Virus record (IMG/VR): IMGVR_UViG_3300046653_000062
Source of the DNA: an uncultured virus (IMG/VR IMGVR_UViG_3300046653_000062)
Lineage: Duplodnaviria; Heunggongvirae; Uroviricota; Caudoviricetes
DNA length: 20,000 nucleotides
Reading direction: 5' to 3' (one strand)
The notes beneath the pieces were generated by a model. That model had not been told where the DNA came from, did no database searches, and worked only from the letters and a program-made list of their open reading frames with translations. The position numbers and the translations under genes are program-made. Positions 1-8,302 of this stretch are shown one piece after another (position 1 is the first letter of the stretch; the number at the start of each line of letters is the position of its first letter).

Positions 1-738
1 ATCGAAAATCTCGAAGTCGTGCAGGCCGCCCGACAGTGTATGAATGGCGTTCGGGTCGTTGTCGGTGGTGCCCGGCCGCAACTCGGCTTTGATCAAGCGA
101 ATGCAGACGTCTTCTAGCGCGATTGGAGCACAGAGAAGGCGGCCGCGCGCGCGGATTTTCAGCCCGGCCTCGTTCACGAACCCGGCGCGAATCTGCTTTA
201 GACCTGCGATGAGGGTGGCCTCGTTGAGGTCTACATCAACGCTCGGCCGGTTGGCCCACGAGCCGCCGACGAACGGTGAAGTTTCTGTAAGCGGATGCGC
301 GGCGTTGAGCAACGAAACACCGTCACCACCGATGGACGCATTATATGTGCCAGCGGTGTTCAGGATATTCATTGCCTGAATCTCCCAGTAGTCCGCGAAC
401 GACTTAGCCAACCCAAGATTCATTGGGTTGAAATCGTGCTTGTACAGGTTATCGTCGATCGCCTTACGAGTGATGGCGTAGCCAAGACCCGCCTCGATTG
501 GCTCCATGTTGTAAATCCAACGCTGTCCGGCATTGTTGTCGAACAGAGTCTGCGCGCCTTCTTCCTTCAGCGCGGCAAGCTGCAAGTAACGAGCCTGGAC
601 AGTACGTTCAATCTGCATTTTAGACTGAATCGTGCGGAACAGACGCCGCCACTGCGGCTCGATCTGCCTGTACTGACCCGTGATAGCCGCGAGACCTGGG
701 AGTAGAAGGTCGCGTTCGGCTGCGAGATTAATAGCCAT
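1..738 (-). CDS. Major capsid protein (Mu gpT-like family), 3' end beyond window edge
   Basis: Not in ORF track; hand translation from ATG 738 (SD GAGGAG upstream) is open to position 1: MAINLAAERDLLLPGLAAITGQY...LGYAITRKAIDDNLY...GGDGVSLLNAAHPL...DLNEATL...ELRPGTTDNDPNAI. These motifs are typical of this capsid family, and the gene lies downstream of scaffold and portal. Confidence 0.88.
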   Translation of the reverse strand, partial: MAINLAAERDLLLPGLAAITGQYRQIEPQWRRLFRTIQSKMQIERTVQARYLQLAALKEEGAQTLFDNNAGQRWIYNMEPIEAGLGYAITRKAIDDNLYKHDFNPMNLGLAKSFADYWEIQAMNILNTAGTYNASIGGDGVSLLNAAHPLTETSPFVGGSWANRPSVDVDLNEATLIAGLKQIRAGFVNEAGLKIRARGRLLCAPIALEDVCIRLIKAELRPGTTDNDPNAIHTLSGGLHDFEIFD

Positions 739-752
739 AGTTCGCGCTCCTC

Positions 753-1358
753 TTAGATACCAGTCATCTGCGCAGTGTTCGGCGTCACTACGGCAAGGTT
801 ATATGGGGTTGTGTTGTCTGCGCCCGGCGCGCCGGGTGGGGCATAGTCGGACCACAGGCCAACCACACGGAATGGAAGGGTTGGAGTCGTGGTCGGGGCG
901 CCGAGAGTAGCGCCGGAAAGGCCAAGCGATCCGCCAAGGATATGGCCGGTGCCCAGAACGATATCCGCGTTCTTACCGATGTCAGAAAGCGCAATCGGGG
1001 TCGTTGAGCTACTGGCCTGGATGACGAAAAGCGGGGCTGGGAAGCTGTCGCACGGGATGACGTACACGGTCCCGTCCGTTGTGGAGTCGTTGCCCGGCCA
1101 GAACGTGTTCTGGGTGGTGCGGCCAAGGGCGGTCGACAGATATTTCGCGCCCCAGAACACGCCTACCAAGTAGGATGCGGGCTGACCGTTCACCCAATAA
1201 TCGGTGTATCCGGTGTTCAGGCGAATAAGAGGGTCACCGCGATAGAAAGCGTGCGTATTACCCGCAGCGACTTTCCACGCCTGGAGTTGAAACGTTGGCT
1301 GCGCCGCGCCGTAAATCCCTAGCGGGCGCAATCCGAACGGGGAGTTCGTGTTGGCCAT
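753..1358 (-). CDS. Conserved virion protein immediately upstream of the capsid gene (putative decoration/head protein)
   Basis: 201 aa, N-terminus MANTNSPFGLRP, G/T/P-rich beta-type composition. The function is inferred from synteny. Confidence 0.65.
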   Translation of the reverse strand: MANTNSPFGLRPLGIYGAAQPTFQLQAWKVAAGNTHAFYRGDPLIRLNTGYTDYWVNGQPASYLVGVFWGAKYLSTALGRTTQNTFWPGNDSTTDGTVYVIPCDSFPAPLFVIQASSSTTPIALSDIGKNADIVLGTGHILGGSLGLSGATLGAPTTTPTLPFRVVGLWSDYAPPGAPGADNTTPYNLAVVTPNTAQMTGI

Positions 1359-1390
1359 TTCTTAAATCCTGGGTTGGGTTATCCGGCTTT

Positions 1391-1511
1391 GCTTTCAACG
1401 TTCCCCGGCGCGGAGACGGAACAGCTTTACCTGGGTTTGCGCTTTCAACGCCGAGACGGAACTGCGCGGCATGCTTTTCTCTCGTCCTCAACGCCGAGGC
1501 GGAATGACGAG
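1391..1511 (-). repeat. Three tandem copies of a structured RNA-like motif (UUC-CGY...RCG-UU-GAR) in the leader of the capsid genes
   Basis: Copies at 1391-1425, 1439-1467 and 1481-1511 share TTCCGYCTC and CGTTGA on the minus strand; each is closed by its own stem. Confidence 0.75.
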
Positions 1512-1524
1512 CCTGCTGAACTGT

Positions 1525-1560
1525 GGGGGTCAGCCTAAAACCAACAAAAGACTGGCCCCC
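1525..1560. other. Stem-loop just after the stop of the 262-aa gene
   Basis: GGGGGTCAGCCT-12 nt-AGACTGGCCCCC imperfect inverted repeat with no U-tract. Confidence 0.5.
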
Positions 1561-1571
1561 GTTACGCACTA

Positions 1572-2360
1572 CTAGAATTCGTTATCACCAGCAATGGTGT
1601 GCGACGGAGCCCAACTTGGGTCTGCCTGCTCACGAACTGCTCGCAAAAGCGTGTCTCTCTGCGCCTGGGGGTGGTTCACGTCGAAGTAATCATCACGCTT
1701 CGACTCGATACCCCAATTCCGTTGCCTCATGAGAACCTGCTCACGGGCGCTATGCTGTTCTTCACGCCGAGCTGCGTTTGTCAATCCAACAGGACGCTCC
1801 ATTAAAATCATGCCGTCATGCTGAACTGCTTCGTTCTCTTCTCCCGAGAAGACGCCGGGAAGCCTGTCGTTAAGAACAGGCCGCCAGCCGCCGTCTCTTT
1901 GGAGCCGAGAAATATAAACACCACGCTCTTCATTGTAGACGAACCGGGTTTTCCATTCAAGAGTATACCCCTCTTCTAGAGTAGCTTCCACAAACTCTGT
2001 CGGGAGGTCAAATGGGTTCGACGCCGCGAACTGCGCGCGCCGGGTCACGGTCTCGCCGTCGCGGCCGATAGCCGTTGTGACAGCGCTCTCTCGGGCCTGT
2101 GGGCGCTGGGGCGCGCGCGCCTCGACGCGGATTTCTCTGCGGTCTGCAACCTGCTTGCCGAGCGCAGAAATTTGACCCGCCATCTCTTTTTGAGAGGCGG
2201 TCATCATTTGCATAAACTGCGCCATCTGACCCGCAAGGGCGTCAACAGCGCTAACTTCGGCCTCATCGGCCTTAGGTTCTGGGGCTTTCGCCATAGGGAG
2301 TTCCTTCGGAGTTGCCGGGATTTTAGCCGCCTTACGCCAGTTGTACGGAGCTTTAGACAC
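1572..2360 (-). CDS. Conserved phage head-module hypothetical protein
   Basis: 262-aa ORF overlapping the scaffold stop, with motifs RDGGWRPV and DGMILMERP. It lies between the scaffold and capsid genes. Confidence 0.7.
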   Translation of the reverse strand: MSKAPYNWRKAAKIPATPKELPMAKAPEPKADEAEVSAVDALAGQMAQFMQMMTASQKEMAGQISALGKQVADRREIRVEARAPQRPQARESAVTTAIGRDGETVTRRAQFAASNPFDLPTEFVEATLEEGYTLEWKTRFVYNEERGVYISRLQRDGGWRPVLNDRLPGVFSGEENEAVQHDGMILMERPVGLTNAARREEQHSAREQVLMRQRNWGIESKRDDYFDVNHPQAQRDTLLRAVREQADPSWAPSHTIAGDNEF

Positions 2361-3405
2361 CGGCCCCTCCCTTATACTTATCTCTTGACCAGAGAAGATT
2401 AGATTTACCGCTGTCGACCTCAGCGACTCCGCGCGCGTATTTCGCCAGGGCCTCGTGCTCGGGGAGGTCGGAATACATCTGAACCGCCGCCCGGCGCTGG
2501 TCCTGAGAAAGCTGGATACGCCGCGCGCCGCCCTGCGCCGCGCCGAATGTGGATCGGGCCGGAGGCGCGGCCGGGGTCTGCGCCTGCCTTGGGGCAGGGG
2601 CGGAGCGTTGCCGCCCGCTGTCGATTTCCTTGGTCACGGTCTTGTACCCCATCTGCTCGTCGATAAAATCGAAATATTCATCCGACTCCACCGGAATTCC
2701 CCGCAGCTCCGCAGTACGGGCGGCGGCCTCGGCTAGTCCGGCGCGTGCGGGTTTCAGGTAAATGTCTTCCCGGTGTTCGCGCAACCAGTCCTGGGTTTTA
2801 GGCGGAAACGCTCTGATCTGCGATTCGAACCCATCTTGCGCCGAGGGCTGCTGATACTGGGAGACGTCAGGCGGCGGCGCCGTCTCGACGTTGCGCTTGG
2901 CCTGCTCCAGGCTTTGAATCTGAGAGGAGTTCTCGGTCAGAACCGCGACTGCTCGGGTGTGCGTGTCCCAGTCGTTGCGGGACGCCGCCGCCGCCATGGC
3001 GGCTTGCGCCCGCTCGATATTGGACTTCGCCAGCGCAATGGCGTTGTCCACCGCCGCAACGGTTGCTTCGCGGTAGTTCCGCTCACCCTGAACGGCGCTG
3101 TTGGCGTTGGCGTTGGCGCGGCGCTCGGCCTCGGCGTTCTCGCGGCGGAGCCGCTGCACTTCTGACTCGCGCTCCGCATATTGCGCCTTGAGCTTGGCCA
3201 GGGCATCGGGTTCCTCCGCCTCGCGGATCGCAGGGGAGTGGGCGTCTTCGGCGTGCTCGATAATGATCTCATCGAACGGAGCCGCCGCGATCACGGCGCC
3301 GCCTTCGTCAACAACCTCAAACTCTACATCAGCCGCCGTCTCGCGGGCGCTCTCGGCCGTCATCCGGTCAAGCTGCGCCGCTGCTGCTCTTTTACGCCTG
3401 GACAT
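2353..3405 (-). CDS. Putative capsid scaffolding protein
   Basis: 350 aa, acidic N-terminus, long Ala/Glu/Arg coiled coil, C-terminal IQLSQDQRRAAVQM...KYAR helix motif; SD AAGGAG; located between portal and capsid genes. Confidence 0.7.
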   Translation of the reverse strand: MSRRKRAAAAQLDRMTAESARETAADVEFEVVDEGGAVIAAAPFDEIIIEHAEDAHSPAIREAEEPDALAKLKAQYAERESEVQRLRRENAEAERRANANANSAVQGERNYREATVAAVDNAIALAKSNIERAQAAMAAAASRNDWDTHTRAVAVLTENSSQIQSLEQAKRNVETAPPPDVSQYQQPSAQDGFESQIRAFPPKTQDWLREHREDIYLKPARAGLAEAAARTAELRGIPVESDEYFDFIDEQMGYKTVTKEIDSGRQRSAPAPRQAQTPAAPPARSTFGAAQGGARRIQLSQDQRRAAVQMYSDLPEHEALAKYARGVAEVDSGKSNLLWSRDKYKGGAGV

Positions 3406-3414
3406 GGTCGCTCC

Positions 3415-3897
3415 TTACAAAATCTCGTTGGGGGCCGTAGCGATCATCTTCACGGTGCTGTCGAGCGAGTACCGACACGGGACGCCGCGCAGGCCAAACA
3501 GCTTTGAATCCGTAGGGAAGTGAACAACCCAGTCGCCAACTTTTGGCGTGTGCTTTTTCGCCCGCATGGCGTAGCTCTTCTTGAGCTTGCCTTCCTCGCC
3601 GTACTCCTCGGACCTGGGGCTGACCCAAGGGAACGAACCGCGAAAGCGGAAGGCGTCAGGGCCGGTCTTGACGATAAGGCCGACTTTCGACTGATAGAGG
3701 CTTTCCTTCAGACGTTCATCTGGAAGGATAATGCCGCCTTTGTTCACGCCCGGCTCAATATACACAGCCATGATAATGTCATTGCCAGTGAGCGTGATAG
3801 TATCGAGCGAGTCCCCTAGGGCGGCTATAATCGCCGCCGCTTGGTCTTTCGCAACCGCAAGTTCGCGGATTAAGTCTGATCTGAAAAATGAACTCAT
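3415..3897 (-). CDS. Phage co-chaperonin GroES-like protein
   Basis: Mobile-loop motif KGGIILPD, then VGLIVKTGPDAF and KVGDWVVH; located in the head module. Confidence 0.8.
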   Translation of the reverse strand: MSSFFRSDLIRELAVAKDQAAAIIAALGDSLDTITLTGNDIIMAVYIEPGVNKGGIILPDERLKESLYQSKVGLIVKTGPDAFRFRGSFPWVSPRSEEYGEEGKLKKSYAMRAKKHTPKVGDWVVHFPTDSKLFGLRGVPCRYSLDSTVKMIATAPNEIL

Positions 3898-4097
3898 GTG
3901 CTGGACCTATATTTCTCGTGAAGTTCTTTGGCGATATCTCCCGCTATCGTCAGGCCATTAAGCTGGCCAACCTGTCTCAGGTATTCGTCATACTCTGAGC
4001 CATGGGCGAGACCTTCAAGAAGCTCGAAACGTTTTGTTTCCAGGGCCTTCATAAGCTTCTCGAAGAAAACCTCGTCCCAATAGCTTATTTGTACCAT
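3894..4097 (-). CDS. Small helical hypothetical protein preceding the GroES-like gene
   Basis: 67 aa, LAHGSEYDEYLRQVGQLNGL; ATGA overlap with the next gene. Confidence 0.7.
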   Translation of the reverse strand: MVQISYWDEVFFEKLMKALETKRFELLEGLAHGSEYDEYLRQVGQLNGLTIAGDIAKELHEKYRSST

Positions 4098-4492
4098 GGC
4101 TTGAAGTCATTAATTTCCTGAACGCTCGGCCAGACACCCTTGAACTGAACTGCGCGATCATCAATCGTCATCCACGCGGCGGGCTTCTCTTTCGGGAAAT
4201 ACAGCTCGCTAATCGCATGGTTAACCTTCTCGGCGTTCTGCTCGCCGAAAGTCTCGCGAATATGGTCCTGCATCCACCCGTAGATAGCGCTGTGCATCGC
4301 CGCCACGCCGCCCGACAGGTTAGAACGGGACGAGTATATCGTGACCAGGAAGCCTGCGGCCTGATACTCCAGAATCGCCGCCATGGCGCCGTGGACAGGG
4401 CCGTCAGTGATGACGTCCGCGCCCTGCCACCCCGACGTATAGGCGTGGATTACGCCATCGAAGTCGAGGGATACTGTTTTTGGGTAAGACAT
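4085..4492 (-). CDS. HAD-superfamily phosphatase/nucleotidase-like protein
   Basis: Motif I LDFDGVIH, motif II IYSSR, motif III K (EKP), motif IV IDDRA; SD AAGGA upstream. Confidence 0.85.
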   Translation of the reverse strand: MSYPKTVSLDFDGVIHAYTSGWQGADVITDGPVHGAMAAILEYQAAGFLVTIYSSRSNLSGGVAAMHSAIYGWMQDHIRETFGEQNAEKVNHAISELYFPKEKPAAWMTIDDRAVQFKGVWPSVQEINDFKPWYK

Positions 4493-4512
4493 GCTGGAAT
4501 GTCCTTGAATGA

Positions 4513-4629
4513 TTAAGATAAAAATCCGGAAGCAGCCGCCGCGATTAACGCGACAGCTATAATCCCGGCGACGAATACGGCTATAAACCGCGAGAGGTGA
4601 CAGTTGTCGTCACAAGGTCTTTTTTTCAT
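4513..4629 (-). CDS. Small single-pass membrane protein (38 aa)
   Basis: Hand translation MKKRPCDDNCHLSRFIAVFVAGIIAVALIAAAASGFLS; the ATG overlaps the upstream TGA (ATGA) and the ORF fills the intergenic gap. Confidence 0.6.
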   Translation of the reverse strand: MKKRPCDDNCHLSRFIAVFVAGIIAVALIAAAASGFLS

Positions 4630-5141
4630 TTGCCTCCGTACCACCTTTTCTTCTCTAGACGCCCCTCGCCGCTGCCCGCGCCAGCGTGCATATGAACCTT
4701 GCCGCCGCGTTTACGCGGCATCGGGCCGGGGCCAGCCTGCCCGCCGAGAGCGCCCACGCCAGCCATCGGGCCGCCAGCTCCAGGCATCGGGCCGCCAGCT
4801 CCAGGCATCGGAGCTGGCATTGGATGCGGCGCCATGGCTCCAGGCGGAGGCATCGGAACCGGCATGGCCGCCGGGGCTGCTCCCTGCGACGGGTTCACCA
4901 CGATATTGACCTTGGTGTGTCCCTTGCCCTTGTGATGCACGGCTCCGCCGTGGGCGCGCTTCAGAGCCGCCGGTTTCACCATATGCTTCACCAAGGCGCG
5001 ATCTTCCGCCACGTCGCTGTGATGGTCGCCGTGAGGGTGGCCCCCATGAGCGTAGCCGGCGTGCGCCGACGTGGAATGAAGGCCCAGGTGAGAATGACGC
5101 GCGGCGTGGGTCGCCTTCGCGTGCGCCTTGATATGCTTCAT
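4626..5141 (-). CDS. His/Lys-rich, Pro/Gly/Met-rich low-complexity virion-module protein
   Basis: 171 aa with repeated (H/R)GG-x-V motifs and a GAGSGEGRLEK tail; SD GGAG upstream. Confidence 0.75.
   Translation of the reverse strand: MKHIKAHAKATHAARHSHLGLHSTSAHAGYAHGGHPHGDHHSDVAEDRALVKHMVKPAALKRAHGGAVHHKGKGHTKVNIVVNPSQGAAPAAMPVPMPPPGAMAPHPMPAPMPGAGGPMPGAGGPMAGVGALGGQAGPGPMPRKRGGKVHMHAGAGSGEGRLEKKRWYGGK
4764..4811. repeat. 21-bp coding tandem repeat, about 2.3 copies
   Basis: CATCGGGCCGCCAGCTCCAGG x2 + CATCGG, encoding PMPGAGG repeats. Confidence 0.85.
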
Positions 5142-5157
5142 GGTCCGTTACTCCGTG

Positions 5158-5472
5158 TTAAAAGCCCCATCGGCCAATAGTTTCGCCGAAAGTATCTTGC
5201 CCTTGCCGGGCGCGGTTCACCGCCGCAGGCCGCCCGACGCCCTTGATCGAACGGATATGACGGATATCAATCCCACCCCACTTGCCGTCATATGTCGCAG
5301 GCGCGTGGATCAGGTTGCGCGGCTGGGCGAACAGCTTTTTGTTTCCGCGCTTACGGAGAAGCAGCTTGCCCCGCGCCGCGAGGGATAACTCAGCGTGTAT
5401 GCGCTCGTCGCTAGAACCTTTAAGCCGCCGCTCAGCGTGTTCGGCGCCGTCATGCCTGGGGTGACGGGTCAT
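5158..5472 (-). CDS. Basic hypothetical protein
   Basis: 104 aa, ATGA overlap with the upstream gene, SD GGAG(A), same strand as the operon. Confidence 0.6.
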   Translation of the reverse strand: MTRHPRHDGAEHAERRLKGSSDERIHAELSLAARGKLLLRKRGNKKLFAQPRNLIHAPATYDGKWGGIDIRHIRSIKGVGRPAAVNRARQGQDTFGETIGRWGF

Positions 5473-6137
5473 TCTCCGCCCTCCGCGTTCTTATGAACAA
5501 AGACAGGCTCGGACTCTAACGCGATGGCGTCGGCCTGCATCTGACTGATATCGACAGCGGCTTTGGCGAGAGCCGCCGCGTTGAAGTCGACCGTCAGAGA
5601 CTCAGGCTGTTTAAACGCATCCCCAGCAGGCTCGCCAGTGATCTTCGCGTGCTCTTCAGGGGTAATCAAGCCATCGGCAAGGAGCTGACCAGCGGCCTCG
5701 GCCGTATCGTTCGCCGTTTTCAGGTCTTCGGCGGCGAGCCGCCGCGCAATCTCCGCTTTGATCTCGTCAATGCGCGCGTCGAACGCCGCAACCCGGTTCT
5801 TGTCTTCGTCCGGGTCCTCTGTGTAGCGCCTGCCTTCCTGCTTGATAGGGACTGGGCCAAACCTGCCCTCATGCCAGTCGATAGGGGGGTTCTCGGCGAT
5901 GAACTGGATGAGCGCGCTTTGACCCGCCTGCTGATGCGCCAGAGCTTCGTGAAGCTCATCGAGAGATAACTCAGTCAGCGGGCGGAGCTTCTCCGCGCCG
6001 CGTCGGTCGGCGAGGGCGGCGGCGTACATGCGGGTCAGCACCTCGACCACATCGGCCTCGGTCAGCTCATTCATCGCCTCATTCATCGCCTCCAGGTCCT
6101 CAGGGGTAAACGGCGTCTGGTTCTTTTCTTCTGGCAT
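5469..6137 (-). CDS. Acidic helical hypothetical protein
   Basis: 222 aa, strong SD GAGGAG, GC-rich third codon positions. Confidence 0.75.
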   Translation of the reverse strand: MPEEKNQTPFTPEDLEAMNEAMNELTEADVVEVLTRMYAAALADRRGAEKLRPLTELSLDELHEALAHQQAGQSALIQFIAENPPIDWHEGRFGPVPIKQEGRRYTEDPDEDKNRVAAFDARIDEIKAEIARRLAAEDLKTANDTAEAAGQLLADGLITPEEHAKITGEPAGDAFKQPESLTVDFNAAALAKAAVDISQMQADAIALESEPVFVHKNAEGGE

Positions 6138-6164
6138 GGTTTCTCCTCACTGCTGGACTCGTGA

Positions 6165-8288
6165 TTAGATAGCGCCTGGGAGCGTTGGGGCCTGCCCCGG
6201 AGCGCCCTGTTCCCCGCCGCCGAATATCTGCGCGGCGAGAGGATGCGTCACAAGATGCTGGATAAGCCGCATGTATTCAAGCTGCTTGTCGCCCTCGATC
6301 TTGGCCATTTCGATCTGCTGACGCGACTGAATATCCGCCATTTTCGTCTGGCTCTGCTGCGCGGCCGACGCCACCTTGGCTTGGTTGGCCTGCTGTTGCT
6401 GCTGAACCTTCAGCATCTCCGGGTTCGGTGGAGGCGGCGAGCCCGGCGAAGGCTCAGGCATGAACAGCTCGTCCGCGTCATCGATCTGCATCATGTGAAG
6501 CACACGGGACGCCACCTTGCGCGGATTGAACACCCCTGGCGGGGTCTGCTGGGCCACCGTCCCAAGCGCGATCGCCTTCATGAGCCGGTGCGCATGGCTG
6601 GGAGTGTTCGGGTCCGAACGAGGGACCAGATTATAGTTGCCGAGCGCATGAATGACCGCGTCCATGGTCCACGCGGGCTGGTCGGGGTCAGGGCGATATA
6701 GGACCTCGGGATGCTGGCGCAGGTGCTCCACGATCAATTCAAGCTCGACGCTCTGAGAGTCGTGAAGCCGGGTGTGCACCGCGTTGAGGATTTTCCCGGC
6801 CTGCTCGATCGCCGCCAACATGGTGCCCACGGGCACGTCCGCCTTGCCCTCGGCGGTCGGAAGCTCCGCAGTCCCGCCCAATTTCTGCCCGGCGTTGGCG
6901 ATGTTTTCGGAAAGCGCGATCAGGCTCTGCGACGGCTCCTTGTAAGGGAGGGGCATCACCGCGTCCGCCAGCTTCACGCCGCCGGGGACGTCCACCGGAG
7001 CGCCGCCGCCGGGCGGGACGCGGAACGTGTTGTTGCTCTGCTTGGCCCCGTTCTTGGCGTACAAAAAGCCTGGGAAGTTGCTGAACATCCCGGCGTCAAG
7101 CAGAAGCCGCCATGCGCCGGTCAGGGCAGACGTAGCGTTACCGAGAATTTGCAGAAGACCCGTGCAGTAGAACCCGAAGGTGGGAGCGAAGCCAAAGGGA
7201 ACAAAAGTGCGTCTGCGGATGAAATCTTCATCGCCTTCGTCCCAATCGCGTCTGATCTCCAGAATTGCTCGTGACGTGAGGTCAATGGTGATTCGATAAG
7301 GGAGCGGAAGACCTGTGGGCTTTCCGTCAAGATGGTGCTCAAACTCGGGGAGGTCGATATCAGCGTACGTCTCGTAAATTGTGTGCACCTGATCTTCAGG
7401 GCGGGTCACGTTGAGGTTTACGCCCTGAGAGCGCGCCACCGCCGCGTCGAACACGTTGATATTGGCGTCGGGAAGCTGGATGGGAATGTCCCGGTAGACC
7501 CCCAAGAGCTGCATCCGCTTGAACGTGGTGCGCTGCATCGGGATGATATGGGTCACACGGGGCGCGGTCTGAATGTCCGTGGTCGTGTTGGCTACAACCA
7601 AGTGCTCGGCGTCCACCATCTCGGACACCGGACGCCGCCGCATCGGGCAGAAGTACACCTTTTTAAAGGCCATCCCCGAAAACCCCACCATAAACAGCAA
7701 TCTGTCGGTGCCGGGGATAAATTCTGTAGCCTTTTTAGTGAGATACCAGTTGATCTCTTGTTCAAGCTTATCCGCGAGCCAGTCTTTCGAGGCGGTCTGG
7801 GAGCCGAAAACCGCGATCTTGGCCGGGCCATTGCTCGGAATCAGCTCACGCCGGGCGTTCCCCTGAAAATGCAGGCACGCCTCGCCCAAAAGCGGGTGTC
7901 GGACAGTCGACATGCCCTCAAGCGGGGCTGAGGTGCTGGCGAGGTCGCTCCGGGGCTCCTCGACCTTGAACCCGAGAAGCTTGATCCCGTTCGCGCGGGT
8001 CTGCAACCACTCCGAAAAGCTCCTCCGGTCCTCCTCGACTCCCTCGATAAGATCGACCGCGAGACCGTTTAAGGCTGATTCGTCAATAAATTCCGCCAAA
8101 TTAGCGTTGTGGTCGCCCGCCGCCTCTTTCGAGTTGTGGTTCCGAGGGCTGAACTCGATGGTTACCCCGCCGTCCGGCTCATCAATGACAAGCGCGTCGT
8201 TCTCCTGAGCAAAATGAACGCCATTCGGTTTAAACGCGGGCTGGGCGTCCATATATTTCTGAAAATCGAAGACCTGTGCGGCTGTCAT
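6165..8288 (-). CDS. Portal protein (P22-like, large)
   Basis: 707 aa directly after terL; motifs HNANLAE, VRHPLLGEAC, GMAFKKVYF, LLDAGMFSNFPG, MPLPYKEPS, PVGTMLAAIEQ and a Gln-rich coiled-coil C-terminus. Confidence 0.88.
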   Translation of the reverse strand: MTAAQVFDFQKYMDAQPAFKPNGVHFAQENDALVIDEPDGGVTIEFSPRNHNSKEAAGDHNANLAEFIDESALNGLAVDLIEGVEEDRRSFSEWLQTRANGIKLLGFKVEEPRSDLASTSAPLEGMSTVRHPLLGEACLHFQGNARRELIPSNGPAKIAVFGSQTASKDWLADKLEQEINWYLTKKATEFIPGTDRLLFMVGFSGMAFKKVYFCPMRRRPVSEMVDAEHLVVANTTTDIQTAPRVTHIIPMQRTTFKRMQLLGVYRDIPIQLPDANINVFDAAVARSQGVNLNVTRPEDQVHTIYETYADIDLPEFEHHLDGKPTGLPLPYRITIDLTSRAILEIRRDWDEGDEDFIRRRTFVPFGFAPTFGFYCTGLLQILGNATSALTGAWRLLLDAGMFSNFPGFLYAKNGAKQSNNTFRVPPGGGAPVDVPGGVKLADAVMPLPYKEPSQSLIALSENIANAGQKLGGTAELPTAEGKADVPVGTMLAAIEQAGKILNAVHTRLHDSQSVELELIVEHLRQHPEVLYRPDPDQPAWTMDAVIHALGNYNLVPRSDPNTPSHAHRLMKAIALGTVAQQTPPGVFNPRKVASRVLHMMQIDDADELFMPEPSPGSPPPPNPEMLKVQQQQQANQAKVASAAQQSQTKMADIQSRQQIEMAKIEGDKQLEYMRLIQHLVTHPLAAQIFGGGEQGAPGQAPTLPGAI

Positions 8289-8302
8289 CGGCGTTTACTC
8301 CA

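Noticed and set aside
44..910. Plus-strand ORFs 44-379, 295-705 and 680-910
   Set aside because: Shadows of the minus-strand capsid gene that the ORF track missed because it runs off the window.
1391..1511. Mini-CRISPR array or tRNA
   Set aside because: The units are degenerate with 13-nt gaps, and there is no cloverleaf or T-loop consensus.
6067..6090. 12-bp tandem duplication encoding EAMNEAMNE
   Set aside because: In-frame two-copy coding duplication with no evident significance.
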